Origin: Carcharhinus longimanus
Taxonomy: Eukaryota
Direction of reading: 5' to 3'
NCBI GenBank assembly: GCA_030264375.1
Contig: JASCQW010000190.1
Span: forward strand, 70,199,753 to 70,263,752
DNA length: 64,000 nucleotides
Under the pieces are notes generated by a model. The model was not told the origin of the DNA. It worked only from the letters and a program-made list of their open reading frames with translations, and ran no database searches. How positions within the stretch are numbered: the stretch's first letter is position 1; every line of letters begins with the position of its first letter. Of the stretch, positions 35,661-47,520 are shown in pieces. The position numbers and the translations under genes are program-made.

Positions 35661-37770
35661 GGGCACAAATTTGATGCACTTGGACCCATTGCTTTGACAC
35701 TAGGGGTTCCATTTTGGTGCCAAAGTAGTGTCTGCACCATTTGTGCTCATTTCTGGTGTGTCACACATGGAATGTGTTCTTGGTGAGGGTGTTAATATGA
35801 TTGTGAGGAGCCTGTGCTGGAATCTGATGCCGGAAGGTGTATCATGCTGATCTGTTGCCAGTGCTGCCATTTTTTGCTGTCTTAGTTAACACCCTTCCTT
35901 AACTTGAATATGCATTCAGCAGCAGAAAGGCCTCGCCCAATCACATCAGTGTTATTAAAAGAGATTGTGTCCTTGTAGGATAGTTACTGGTTTCTCTGCT
36001 GGCTCAGTTGGAGTTCATGGAAGTGCTGGGTGTTTTGAGGAGGAAGTTAAAGTTGAGGCCTGCAGGAAATGGTGCTGCATGTGGAGAAGATCTTACAAGG
36101 GTTCTGTACACATCGCCTACTCACAGTCATGTGTTTATAGTTACTTTTCCCCTTAGGCTGTAGTATGATTGGGAGATGGAGCAAACAAAACATGTTGCTT
36201 GAAGAGGGGAAAAGTGCTCACAGCGAGAAGCCTTGTGCACTGTTGGTCTTCAGGCAATATAACACCTATCTCCAACTAAGCCAGCAACAGTACCTGAAGG
36301 AGGTATTCACAAAACTCTGTCATCCTTTTGCAACCAGACCTACAGCCAGTAAAGGGCTCTGAAGGTGACTTTCTTCATACTGGATTACTTCCAGGCTGGA
36401 GCAGGCAACATTTCTCAGTTCACCCTCCACCTCTACAACAGATAACTGACAGGCACACTTCCTCCAGGAGGGAAGAGTTCACTGTTAGATTTGTTCTCCC
36501 TGAACAAAGAGAAACAAGTGGAGCATGCATGTATTTTTGCCAGGATGGGAGACTTCCTTATGGTGCAGACGTGTGGCTTTGTGAGTTCCACATCTTAGTG
36601 TTGAGATCAAGTACAACCGGAAAGATTACCCCTTGTTTAGTGTGTGGTAGTAATCAGCACATCATGCTGGTGAATTCTTGGTATCCTGGCAGCTGCCTTG
36701 GGGCTTTCATTCTGTGCTGGTCTGTTTCTTTGATCTTTCAGCCACCACGTCAAAGTAGAGGCTGATTGCTGAGTGACAAGGGATCTGCTTTACATTTGAC
36801 ATTTGATTATACCCTGCAACCTCGACCACATGTAGCTTGCATGCATACATTTAGCCATACTGCTAAGCGATACATCGTATTTACCACTTAAGTGTTGAAG
36901 CACAGTTCCATGCCTGGACTGCTCTGGAATAGCCTTTGACAGAGTTGTGCCACGGTCATCCGCTGTATGGTCTAAAACCTGATTACAGCAGGACAGTGTT
37001 TTCAACATGAGAGATGTGGCTCTGTGGTTTGCAGCAGTGCTAAGTATGTGATGGTGGAGCAGACAACCAGATGAAGCAATGAATGTGAGATATGAGTTTG
37101 TGTGTGACAAAAATTGGAAGTTGAGTGAAAGGGGTGAGGCAAATTTAGTGGCACGTGTGGTGAATTGAGCAGTGCTAGGCTGATAGTTCAGTTCTAAGGG
37201 TATGACATTTGAAAAGACATTGGCTGACTTTGATTGCTCTTGGAAGGTCTGCATGCGGCTCAGCGTCCAGGTCCTCGATGGCATTGATCTTTATAAATGT
37301 TTGCTTCAGTTCCCTCTTTTGTTTTTATGTGGAGAGCCTTCTGACCCCCCTATGGTTACAGGGCAATTCTTCTCCTGTCCATCTTGAGCGCTCAGGGACA
37401 CGAGTAGTGTGTTAGAAAATTTGGGAGCTTGCTCTCTGCCATGTTGTTCCATCTTCATTCTTCCTCTAGGTTAGACACTGATGACTTCAGTACCTCATGC
37501 AGCCAGAATGTACTTCCTCTTTAAAAGGACTAGGCTATCTTTAAGTAGTTCAGGCTAGCTTTAAGTGGTGCTAACCTTGGGTGACCATGGACACCCTGGT
37601 GAGGTGTGCAATTTCTCTGCAGTACATTTATAACACCACTGCATGCCACTAACATTTGGGTTAGCAGGTGTCACAAAGTTTGTGTGCTGGGTATATCATT
37701 TTAAATCAGCATAGGTTAGTCTGGCATTGCGATCCCTGTGCCTGCATTTGGGCTATTGAATTTTTAGCCC
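35661..37770. mobile_element. Fossil PIF/Harbinger transposon: HARBI1-like transposase (+, about 36220-36790) and Myb/SANT-like ORF (-, about 37230-37455)
   Basis: Peptides VFRQYNTYLQLS, LQPDLQP, FQAGAG, YNRK, LVC..NQHIMLVNSWYPGS, AFIL, *LLSDKG on +; MEQHGREQAPKFS...PSRTW on -. Weak terminal inverted repeats (TIRs) gggcacaaattt / gaatttttagccc, so the ends are approximate. Confidence 0.8.
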
Positions 37771-38417
37771 TTGCTGTCTTTCAGCAGTGACCTTGAATTT
37801 GAAGCATTTGGCACTGAATGAAAGGTAAGTAATCAAATTCTCTCGTTCAAAAAAAGTCTTGCATTTAATTCCCAATGTAAGCAGAAATTGTGCATTTTTT
37901 GTATTTTTCAACAACTGTTGGAAAAAAAACTAGCTCTTTTCCATAGTATGCTGAGATGTATTGGGGAACATAATAGAGAAAAGCTCATCTCCCATTTATG
38001 TTGGTTCACATGACATAAAAACTGTTGCCTCCCTATTTTCATTGTTGAAGAAGCCAGAGTACAATTCCAGACATCATTGAAAAAACCCAGCCATGTATTA
38101 GCACTGATGCTTCAAATGAAAAATGTTGTTTAGAGTTGAATTTCTTCTGATGTGCTGATATACACTGGAAATACCTGTGCCGAGACGTATAATTAATTTC
38201 CTACATTCCTGCACATTGTGGAGTGGGCTTGTGTAAAACACAAATTGCCCACTACATTGCACTGCTTTTGCAGCATTGTGCAGTGATGTAACAGCATTCA
38301 TTTATCTCCAGTACATGTTACTTGAAAAAACAGTTAGTTGTACTGGGTTGGAGATTGGCCTCTGCCTGCATGCAGCCAAAACTACAAATAAACATCCCAT
38401 GATCTTAATTCTTGTAG

Positions 38418-38482
38418 GAGCTGGCCCTGATGGAGTTGAAGAGATCAAAAGGCATCCATTCTTTGCTACCATTGACTGGAAT
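38418..38482 (+). CDS. RPS6KA6: RSK4 exon (65 bp): (G)[21 protein letters not shown]
   Basis: cttgtag| ... AAT|gtaggt. End of the NTKD. Confidence 0.95.
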
Positions 38483-38922
38483 GTAGGTGTTTCCCATTCC
38501 AACAAGCAAGATCAAGGTCACAAAGCTGTTAAATGTAATGCTTTTTACTCCTGAAAAACCCAAAGTTAAAATCTAAATGTTCATGCTTTTAATTCACTGC
38601 TTGTTTGAAAGAACTTTTTTTCTGCTGTTAATAAAAGATTTTTAAAAATTATATATTTTCTGGGATATTAGACCATTTGTTCAGAGATTTTGTAACTCTT
38701 ATGCCAATCAAACTTATGAATTCTTATCTAAGGTGTTAGCACCCATTGCAACTGTAAATTGTGAAAGGGTGTTGCAATTTTGTAAATCCTGAGTTTTAAA
38801 AAACATGTAAATGTTAAACCAATAATTCGAAGTAATGTAGTTGGGTATTCATAATTATCCACATTGTCATTCAAAATAAAGTGACAGAGACATGTAAAAA
38901 TGAACCATTCTCTTTATCTCAG

Positions 38923-39025
38923 AAACTGGTCAGAAAAGAAATTCAACCACCGTTTAAACCTGCTTCTGGTAAGCCAGAAGATACCTTCTGCTTTGATCCA
39001 GAATTTACAGCTAAAACACCAAAAG
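38923..39025 (+). CDS. RPS6KA6: RSK4 exon (103 bp): [34 protein letters not shown](D), AGC C-tail
   Basis: tctcag| ... AAG|gtacag. [15 protein letters not shown] is RSK4-like. Confidence 0.96.
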
Positions 39026-39599
39026 GTACAGATGATTACTGTTTTATTGTTGCTATGTATTTTGTGAAAACCTAACTCATCACTTTCTCTGAAACAAAAT
39101 TAATTAGGAGTTTTGTCATGGATATTGAAGGAAGTGTTTTCTGATATAAAAAAATGAAATATGATTTAATTTTTAATATGATTAAATATGATTTAATTTA
39201 ATTTTTATGCCCTTTACAATGTTCATTAAACTTATTGGATTGTTCAAATCTCAGAATATGGATGGGTATTTAAGATGATCCCTGTGCTTTTCATTGTGCC
39301 TTGCTTTCATTTTTCCCACATTGTTAGTATTGTTAAAGTACAAATGCTTCCAGCTCCAATATTTTAAAATCAACTTTTTCATTTGTGGAAGTTGAAGGAA
39401 AGCTTTCTTTATTAGCTTTCCAAGCTGGTACCTCTTGTACCTGTTAATTGGCAAAAGAAGCAGTGGTGACGCGAGGAAAACCTTCTTTACATAGCGAGTG
39501 GTTAAGATCTGGAATGCACTGTCTGTGTGTGTGGTAGAGGCAGGTTCAATAAGGGAATTGGATTATTAGCTGAAAATAAAAAATGAGCAGGGCTACAGT

Positions 39600-39725
39600 G
39601 ATGATGTGGATCGCCAGCGTTGGACTGGGGTAGGCATAGTAAATAGCCTCACAACACCAGGTTAAAGTCCAACAGATTTATTTAGTAGCACGAATTTTCG
39701 GAGCACTGCCCCTTCATCAGGTGAG
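39600..39725 (-). mobile_element. Penelope-type terminal fragment with a hammerhead core, nested in a CR1 3'UTR (about 39450-39790)
   Basis: Same family as 33925-34040 (caacaccaggttaaagtccaaca...ttcggagcactgc.ccttcatcaggtg). Confidence 0.7.
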
Positions 39726-39959
39726 AAGGCAGAGAGAGCCAGCACAGATATGATTGGGCTCGAATGGCCTGCTCATGAGCTGTAATTTCTGTGGTTGGGA
39801 AATTGACTGAGAAGCTCAGCTTGAAGAAATGAAGAATAGTAGTAATGGCAGGTACTCTAATGGACAAGATGTGACTATTCCTGCAAAGATCTGTTTTGGG
39901 GTTTTAAATATTGATTGATGTATTTGTTAATAACTTAAGATGGTGTGATAGTCACAGAT

Positions 39960-40810
39960 CAAAATTTTCTTACGGCACAAATAAGGCTGCATTGTACGTA
40001 ATGCAGATGGAAATGTAAAATTACAGAGACCTATTTATAAATTAAGTTACTTGGCAAATGGATTTCAAAGTCAGCAAATGAGGCCATCCACTTTGACCAT
40101 AACATAGATGCAGCTGGGTACTTTCTAAATGGCAAAAAAAAGGTAGAAACAGTGGAAGTCCAAAGAAACTTGGGATTCCAGATATACAGAACCATAAAGT
40201 TTTATGACCAGGTAGAGAAAATAATGAAAAGGGCTCTTGGGATGCTGGCCTTTGTACCGAAAGCAGTAATACAAAGGGGTAGAAGTCATGTGTCAGCTGC
40301 ACTTACAAAAATAGCTTTGGTTAGACCACACCTGGAGCATTGTGAGCAGACATGTGCACCACACCTTACAAAATATAAATTAACCCTGAGGGAGTGTATA
40401 GAGTTAATCAAATGATAACTGGACTCCAAGGAGTAAGCTGTGGTTGGGTTCCTTTGAAATTAGAAAGTGATCAATGTCCACGAGTATCCACATGAGTTCA
40501 GGGATGGCCAAGGCAGGGTGGGTATTGTTTAGCTGGATGGCCACCTTCTCAGGGAACACATCAAAGATGGGTGATTTGATAGAAATTCTCAAGTGATCAA
40601 GGGGAACAAATAAAATAGGTAGAAACTATTCTGCTGATTGGTTGTTGATTCTTGAAAAAAATTAGAACTAGACTTTTCAGGCAGTTCATGCATGACTAAC
40701 TTTAAAACTGATAGGTTTTTGTTAACCTGATGGTATAAAGGGCCAGCATGGTTGCACATCAGCCATTATCATGTTGAATGGTGGAATAGGAATAAAGGGC
40801 TGGATAACCT
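39960..40810 (+). mobile_element. Old CR1 LINE ORF2 remnant plus 3' end; host of the phosphorylase fragment
   Basis: [26 protein letters not shown] motifs. Confidence 0.82.
40470..40565 (-). pseudogene. Glycogen phosphorylase (PYGL/PYGM/PYGB family) coding fragment [32 protein letters not shown], embedded in a CR1 remnant
   Basis: Matches the phosphorylase motif FDxFPxKVAIQLNDTHPxLAIPELMRILVD with two substitutions at conserved sites (D>N, R>W). No splice sites at either end; both flanks are LINE. Confidence 0.9.
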
Positions 40811-41705
40811 ACCTGGGTGGTTTGTTTCCTTTAGAAATTTATTTTCAAATTTAGTCTTAAGTTTAATAATTTGTAATGATGCCCACCTTAAGATATATTG
40901 CACAAAATAAATCTTTATGCTTCCCTAAATAAACCCACCATAAAGTTGAGGATTTATGGAACCCAATCCCTCAGAAGCAGTTTAAAAACAAAGCCTATCT
41001 GCTTACATGCATTCCGACTCACCTCATATATATTGCATGTGAATACGGAAGGAAGTGTTTCTGGGTTCATATTAGAGACCGTATTGTCAATACAGATGGG
41101 TAAACATCCTGAAGACATCTCACTTGCACTGTGTCAACTCCTTTCTGCATTTCTACTCAATTCTTTAGCCCACTGTATTAGTACAGCTGTTAACCCTGTC
41201 AAAATAGCTGGAAAGGGATAAAGAATTTGTGTTAATCTCCCACACTGTAATTTCAGGACCTAAACCTTTAAGTTAGAGTCAGGGATAGTGATCCATTGGT
41301 CATTAAGACCAATCTTGAGAGTTATGCAGCTCTTCACAAACAACTGACATTTGTCTCAGAATATGTGATTTATATATTGCTTGAAACTTCAGGTGAAACG
41401 ACATCATTATTTGAGCAGACAAGTGCCGTTTTGTTTGAGGGATAGCTTTTATTCTGTGGGCAGAAATGTTTATTTTGAAAGAGCATTCAAATGTGATTTT
41501 TAACTTAACATTTTAAATAATTTGTTGTTGCTAGGAATTGTATGTGTTATAATATTAGATGTTACTTTAATGACTCAGGCATTGAATTGTATGAGGGGTA
41601 CGTGTCTTGGAGTTCAATGATATTGTCAGAACTAGACTTACAATGTTCATAAAACTTTGTTGTGGAAATAAATGAATGATAATTGAAGGTTTTTTCTTTG
41701 TTTAG

Positions 41706-41830
41706 ATTCACCTGGAATTCCACCAAGTGCTAATGCACATCAGCTATTCAGAGGATTTAGTTTTGTTGCAACTAATGCAGTGGAAGAAGTGCAGAGTAAC
41801 CCACTGACAGCTGTACACCCTATTGTACAG
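41706..41830 (+). CDS. RPS6KA6: RSK4 exon (125 bp): (D)[41 protein letters not shown], turn motif and hydrophobic motif
   Basis: tttag| ... CAG|gtacaa. DSP and FRGFSF phosphosite motifs. Confidence 0.96.
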
Positions 41831-41980
41831 GTACAATGCATAGATGGCTTAACAAGTGTGATGCTGAAGTTAGAAAATGTCTACAGACTGTATTCTAATG
41901 TTGGGCAAGATGCTGTGTTTTAACAAAAAAATCTAATTTTTTGATAAGGAATTTTAATTTTATTTCTTCGTTTATAACAG

Positions 41981-42103
41981 TTGCATGGGAATAGCATGCA
42001 GTTCAATGATGGATATGAACTAAAAGAAGATATTGGGGTTGGCTCCTACTCGATCTGCAAGCGCTGCATACACCGAGTTACCAATATGGAGTTTGCCGTC
42101 AAG
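41981..42103 (+). CDS. RPS6KA6: RSK4 exon (123 bp): [41 protein letters not shown], start of the C-terminal kinase domain (CTKD)
   Basis: taacag| ... AAG|gtaatt. GVGSYS.C loop and AVK lysine. The preceding intron is only 150 bp. Confidence 0.96.
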
Positions 42104-43982
42104 GTAATTAATGATAACTCAGTTGTCTAATCCTAATAGGAGTGCTGAAAATTTACTGCCTAATGTATAATGTGGGTTTTTAATGAGACTTTGTTGTGGA
42201 CTTCCATGTTTTGGAGGAAGGAATACGTTTCTATCTTGTTTGTCCTCTGTTAGAGTCAAACTCTCCAAATATGCTGGTTCATTCCATTGGTATTGCATCA
42301 TCAACTTTGAGTATTGACTTCTCATTATAATTTTTACAAGCACAACTTTCTGCGAGGTAATTTGTTAGAAGTTTGGAGATGTTGTTACTCCTCCAAACCC
42401 ACACAATCTGAATTCATGAAGCTCAATTTGAATTTTCTGCTTGTGTTTTACTGTTGACTGTAAAACAAAATCAAGCTGAATGTTATCACATATTGTCTCA
42501 TTGGCAGTCACATATAACTATTCATATTATACTTTTCTGAATTAGTGAATGAAAATTCAATTTATTTTAAAAAGAAGACTTTCTGTTTAAGTTAAAGTTT
42601 GTTAGTGTCACAAGTAGGCTTACATTAACACTACTGCAAAATTCTGTTGTCTACAATTTCCCTTACTAGCGCCAGGTTTTCTAATTTGTGTCAACATCCA
42701 TGTAATGGGTAACACCAAGATAATTATGAATTGCGTATACTGTGCATAATGTATGTTATTTGTCTTAGTGGTAGTTTTGGGGGGTAATATCATGGGGGCA
42801 AATTTTAGAGGCATGATTCTCATCACCCTGAATGTTTAGAGTTTTGATATTTGGTGAATTCTCCCTCTTGCCTGTCTGCCAGTTATTCAATCCCCAAACT
42901 TCCCATTTGCTGCTTCCCTGCTAAATGGCTCTCTTTTCAACCTCCTCATTGCCTCTCTGGTCTGCTGCTTTTTGTGACTCCCACCTGTCCCCAAGCTCGC
43001 CATAGTCCCCCTCCCCCCCCATCCCTACCCCAATCACCAACCTTACCACTTGCATGCCTCCCACTTTCTCACCCCTTATCTCCCTCTGACTGACTTCTGC
43101 CCTGACTCTGAGTTGAGAGAGGTAAATGGTGAGTAGGAGGGAGACAGTGAATGGGCAGGCACTGAGTAGAAGGAGCTGGGAGGCTGGTGTTAACTGGGAG
43201 GGTCAGGATGGAAGTGGTGAGTTGGGAGAGACAATGAGTGACAATGTGCAGGAGGGAGGCAGAGAGTGTGAAGGTGGGGGGAGAGGGGAAGTGGTGAGTC
43301 AGAGGAGGCGGCAAACTGAAAGGTTGAAATTGGGGAAGGAAGTGGCAAATTGAGAGAGGAAGCGAGTGGGACAATGTGGCCAGGGAGAAGTGATGAGATG
43401 AGCAAGGCAGCGGTGGTGAAGTCAGGAAGGGAAGCAGTAGGCAAGAGAGGAGCGTTTAACAATGGTGACAAACTGCAGTCAGGAAGTGGAAAGCAGGAGG
43501 TAAATTGAAAGAGTTTGAAGATTGTTTGGACTGTTAGGACCACTGATCTGGTCATTCTGCCGCAGCTGATTTTGCAGAATCACTAAAGGAAGATTGATCC
43601 TATAGACGTCAACATAATAAAATTAAGGGGCATTTCCTGAACATTTTGTGCTGTAATTTTCTTTGTTTTAGTTCGATCGGGCAGCATGGTCGGTGCAGGC
43701 TTGAGGGTCAAAGGCCCTGTTCCTCTAACTTTCTTAGTTCTTTGTTATTTTTAGGTAGTTTGTGAGAACTTTTGAATTCCTTGTACAGATCTCCAAATAA
43801 TAATAGAGATTCTTGTGGTGTCATCCATAGGGGAATTTTAAACCATGCCTATGTGTAAATGCTTGTTCTACATGTCCCCAATTCACCTTTGCATATATTG
43901 TGAGAAAGTTTACTTTAAAAATAGTGAATTGGTTTAATATTTCATTATTAACAGACTTTAATGTAAAAAAAACTCTAGGCGC

Positions 43983-45067
43983 TGTTGTGATCCTTGGTCA
44001 AACCCCAGGCTGTGTTGGGAGGTTGAGGGAGGCGGGTATCCAACCACGGACCAATAGCATTTGTTTAAAGTAAATTAAATTTGAGATTCGAAATGCATAC
44101 GAAGTGAGTAAAATCACACGATTCTGCAGGTTTGCAACAAACAAAATAAACTTTATTGTACAAGTTCAGAAAGATAAAACAATTTACAATATATGTTTTA
44201 TACTCTAATGTTGAAATATATGTGAATTAATAGGCAAACTGTGTTTGCGCACACCACACTACATAGTAGATGACAGATATGATCAAATTCAATTTCATGG
44301 ATTTCTCAGCAACCCACGTTACGTCTTGCGTCAATCATTCTGACTGAAACTTTATTTTTCTCACGAGAGTTTCAAATCTCTACAGTTGAAGATTTTGTCT
44401 TAGAATTCTCTTGAAAGGTTGCTCCAATTTGGATGGCTTCAACAACAAACCACCTTGGAGGATTTCAGTCTCCCCTCCCAGGATTCTTTTCCCCTGGATC
44501 TCCGAGTGCACTCAAGCTTCAACTTCCAAGCACAATTTCAGATCTTGGGCTATGCCAAGCAGAACGTCATTGCTCCAAAGGGATACCTTTGCTCTGACGG
44601 CCTGCAACATGAAGTCGTCAACCTTTGGCTGCCTTCTTGGAGCTTCAGGGCACCTCAATTAAATTAATTGGACCATTTCAATTAAAGCCAGCTCCCTGTA
44701 GCTCTTGAATTGAGAGCCTGTTACTCTGCCCTTTTCTTCCATTTCATTTAAGGGGCCTATTCCTATCTGGGCTTTCATCTTGGGCTGAGGCCGCTTTTCA
44801 GGACTTCTCCCTGTTCCGTTTCTGGTTTGGGACTTCAGTTTCCTCCTCCCATGTCTCCCCTAGGGCATCTGCCAGATCATAGCGTTCTGCCTCCGATCAT
44901 CTGATCTGCCTCATTGCCGTGTTTTCTCTTTCCATAAGTGCAGGCACATAGAGCCAGCCCTCGGCCTAAAGTACAAAAAGAAAAGAACTGTGAGTGAGTG
45001 ACCACTTCTTAGCTGGGGCATGTGCAAAAGACCCTAGGTTGGTCAGGATTGGAGTTCTCGACTTACA
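43983..45067. mobile_element. Possible solo LTR
   Basis: TGT...ACA-bounded block of about 1.1 kb with distinct composition and a minus-strand AATAAA at about 44152. No clear TSD. Confidence 0.3.
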
Positions 45068-45449
45068 AAATAAAGAAGGTTAATTATTTGAATAAAGTGG
45101 AATAAATGCGACTGCTGCTTCAGAAATTAATTTAACAGTCATTTTCCCTCTTGGGATTCCATTCTCTCTTCACGCAGTGCTGTCTTCTCCAGTCCCCAGA
45201 TGTCGTTTCTCCTTGAATATTCACTTAATTTACAGGGATACTGTCTTGCTGACTTTTTCCAACCTGTTCATGAGAACCAACTTTTGCCAAATTCACAGAA
45301 ACCTCTGCCTTGTTGATGTGAAGAAATGATGGAGCTATTTTTCTCACTCTTAGCAGTTTTAATTAAACAAAACACTTCAGTAAGCTGAAAAAATAAATTG
45401 CCTTTTCCACATTTTCTATCAATTAAGGCTGCTTTAGCTCCTGTTTTAT

Positions 45450-45860
45450 GAAGGTGGTCGGTTTTTGGCAGTGCCTTAAAGGAGCAAAGTGAGGTAGAAG
45501 GATGTGTTAGGAGAGTATTCCAGAGTTTGGAGCCTAGGTCACTGAGGGCATAGCTATCAGCAATGGAACAATTAAAATCGAAGATATACAGGAGGCCATA
45601 ATTCCTAGTGCACTGATATCTTGGAATGTTGTGGGATGGAAGAGATTACAGAGCTGGGGAAAGAAGAAGACCATGGATGAATTGGAAAACAAGGATGAGA
45701 ATTTCAAAATCAAGATATTGCTCGACCAGGAGCTAGTGCAAGTCATTGAGCACTGAGGTGATGGAGCATGGAATTTCTGGTGTTAAGACGTAAGCAGCAG
45801 AGTTTTGGGTGACATTAAGGTCATGGATGTGGAATTTGGGAGACCCATCAAGAGTTGGAA
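45450..45860 (-). mobile_element. L2-type LINE 3' fragment
   Basis: cttaaaggag...gaggtagaag...gtattccagagtttggagccta; resembles L2 ORF2 C-terminus reverse complement. Confidence 0.6.
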
Positions 45861-46589
45861 AGGTGAAAGATAACAGATATGTGGGAACTCTATTTTCAAG
45901 TTCCCCTCTAATTTGCACGTCACTTTGATTTGGACATTTAATTTTGCTGTTCCTTTGTTGTCAACATCTTGGCATGCCCTGCCCACTGGCATTGTGAGGA
46001 TAATTTCAAGTCAGACACTGATTCAGGAAGATGGTCCAATACTGTTTTCTCAAAGGCATCCTGCAATAGTCAATAAATTCTGGCCTTGACAGCAATGCCC
46101 ATATCCAGAGAATGAATTTAAAGGAAATTGTGGTACTTAGCATAGATTATCGAGACAGAGCCAAACGTTTTACATTTGCAGTCAAAAGGATTTAAATGTT
46201 GGGTACTCTGTGCTTGTGTTAATCAGCTTAACTTATTCATAACTCTTTATTCTTCTGGACTCTTGCTTTGGAATTCATTGGCCTGTGAGTGAAAAGTTAC
46301 AACTGAAGATTCCCCTCTGTTGAGAGACAAACAGTGCAAGCTCAATGATGCAAGGGTAATCCTCAAAATGTGACTGAAATACTTGATGCAGGTTGCATAG
46401 CAAGTTAGCAGAATATTTCCAGCAAGGAATCTCTGTTGTTAGCACCTACTCTGTCAGCTTGGACAGTTAAAGCAACATTCTTACTCTAACATCTGTCTCA
46501 TGTAACTCTTCAGTTTATTCCTGGAAACCTGTACTCAGAATCTCATTTTTGGCACAATTGCCTCTCCTTTCTAGAAGGCTCCATTGATT

Positions 46590-47520
46590 TCATTGTACAT
46601 AAGAAATAGTAGCCTTTGAGTTGCTCTGCCATTCACTATGATCATGGCTGATCTGATGTTGACCTCAAATCCACTTTCCTGCCTTAATCCTTATCTCCTC
46701 TGTCATTCAAAAATCATACTATCTCAGTCTCCACTGCTGTCTGGGGTAGAGAATTCCAGAGAGTCATGATCCTCAGAAAAAAGTACCCGCTTCATCTCTG
46801 TGCCTTAAATGAACAGCTTCTTATAACTACGTTTCCTAATTCTAGATGAGGGGAAACATCCTCCCAGTATTTTCTCTTCTAAGCCATCTCTGATATGTTT
46901 CAGTATGAACATGGACATTCTTCTGATGTCCAGTGAGTATTGGTCCAACTTGCTTTACCTCTGCTCAAAAGACAACTCCTCCTTCACAGGAATCAACCTA
47001 GTTGAACCTTTTTTGAACCACCTCCAGTGCAAGAATATCACCCCCACTCCACTTCCTTAAAGTAAGGAGACTAAAAACATACCAACACTTTGTACAGAAG
47101 TAACAAGATTTCTCGACTCTTAAACTCCAACCCCCATGCAATAAAAGCCAGCGTTGCATTTGTCTTCTAGATTACTTGTTTTACCTCTGTGCTAATGTTT
47201 TATATTTCCCTCTGCCCTGCGAAATTCTCTCTTTCCATTTAAATGGTGTTTTGCTTTTCGGTTCTTCCTATCGAAGTGGATAATCTCATATTTTTCCGCA
47301 TTATGTCCTTACCTGCTGAATTTTTATCCACTAACTTAACCTATCTATCTTTATCTCTGTGCAGCCTCTGAGATCGTCTCACAACTTGCTTTCCCACCTA
47401 TCTTTATATAGTGAGCAAATTTAGCTATAATTGTCCAGTAATTCAAGTCACTAATATGCATTATAACTAGGTGAGGGCCTAGCACTGATCCCTGGAGTTC
47501 CCCACTAGTTAGTTACCCGA
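46590..47520 (-). mobile_element. Old CR1 LINE fragment
   Basis: acataagaaatag tail through agcactgatccctgg (PQGSVLG motif on the minus strand). Confidence 0.75.

Noticed and set aside
36328-36765. Domesticated, functional HARBI1-like gene
   Set aside because: The motifs are spread across frames with deletions (the IDCTH catalytic region is missing) and a stop in the WLLGD motif.
39155-39210. Local aatatgattta repeats as a regulatory array
   Set aside because: Ordinary AT-rich slippage duplication.
40404-40592. Functional nested glycogen phosphorylase exon or gene
   Set aside because: Only about 32 codons match, with conserved D and R mutated. No splice sites, LINE flanks, and no other PYG exons seen in the window.
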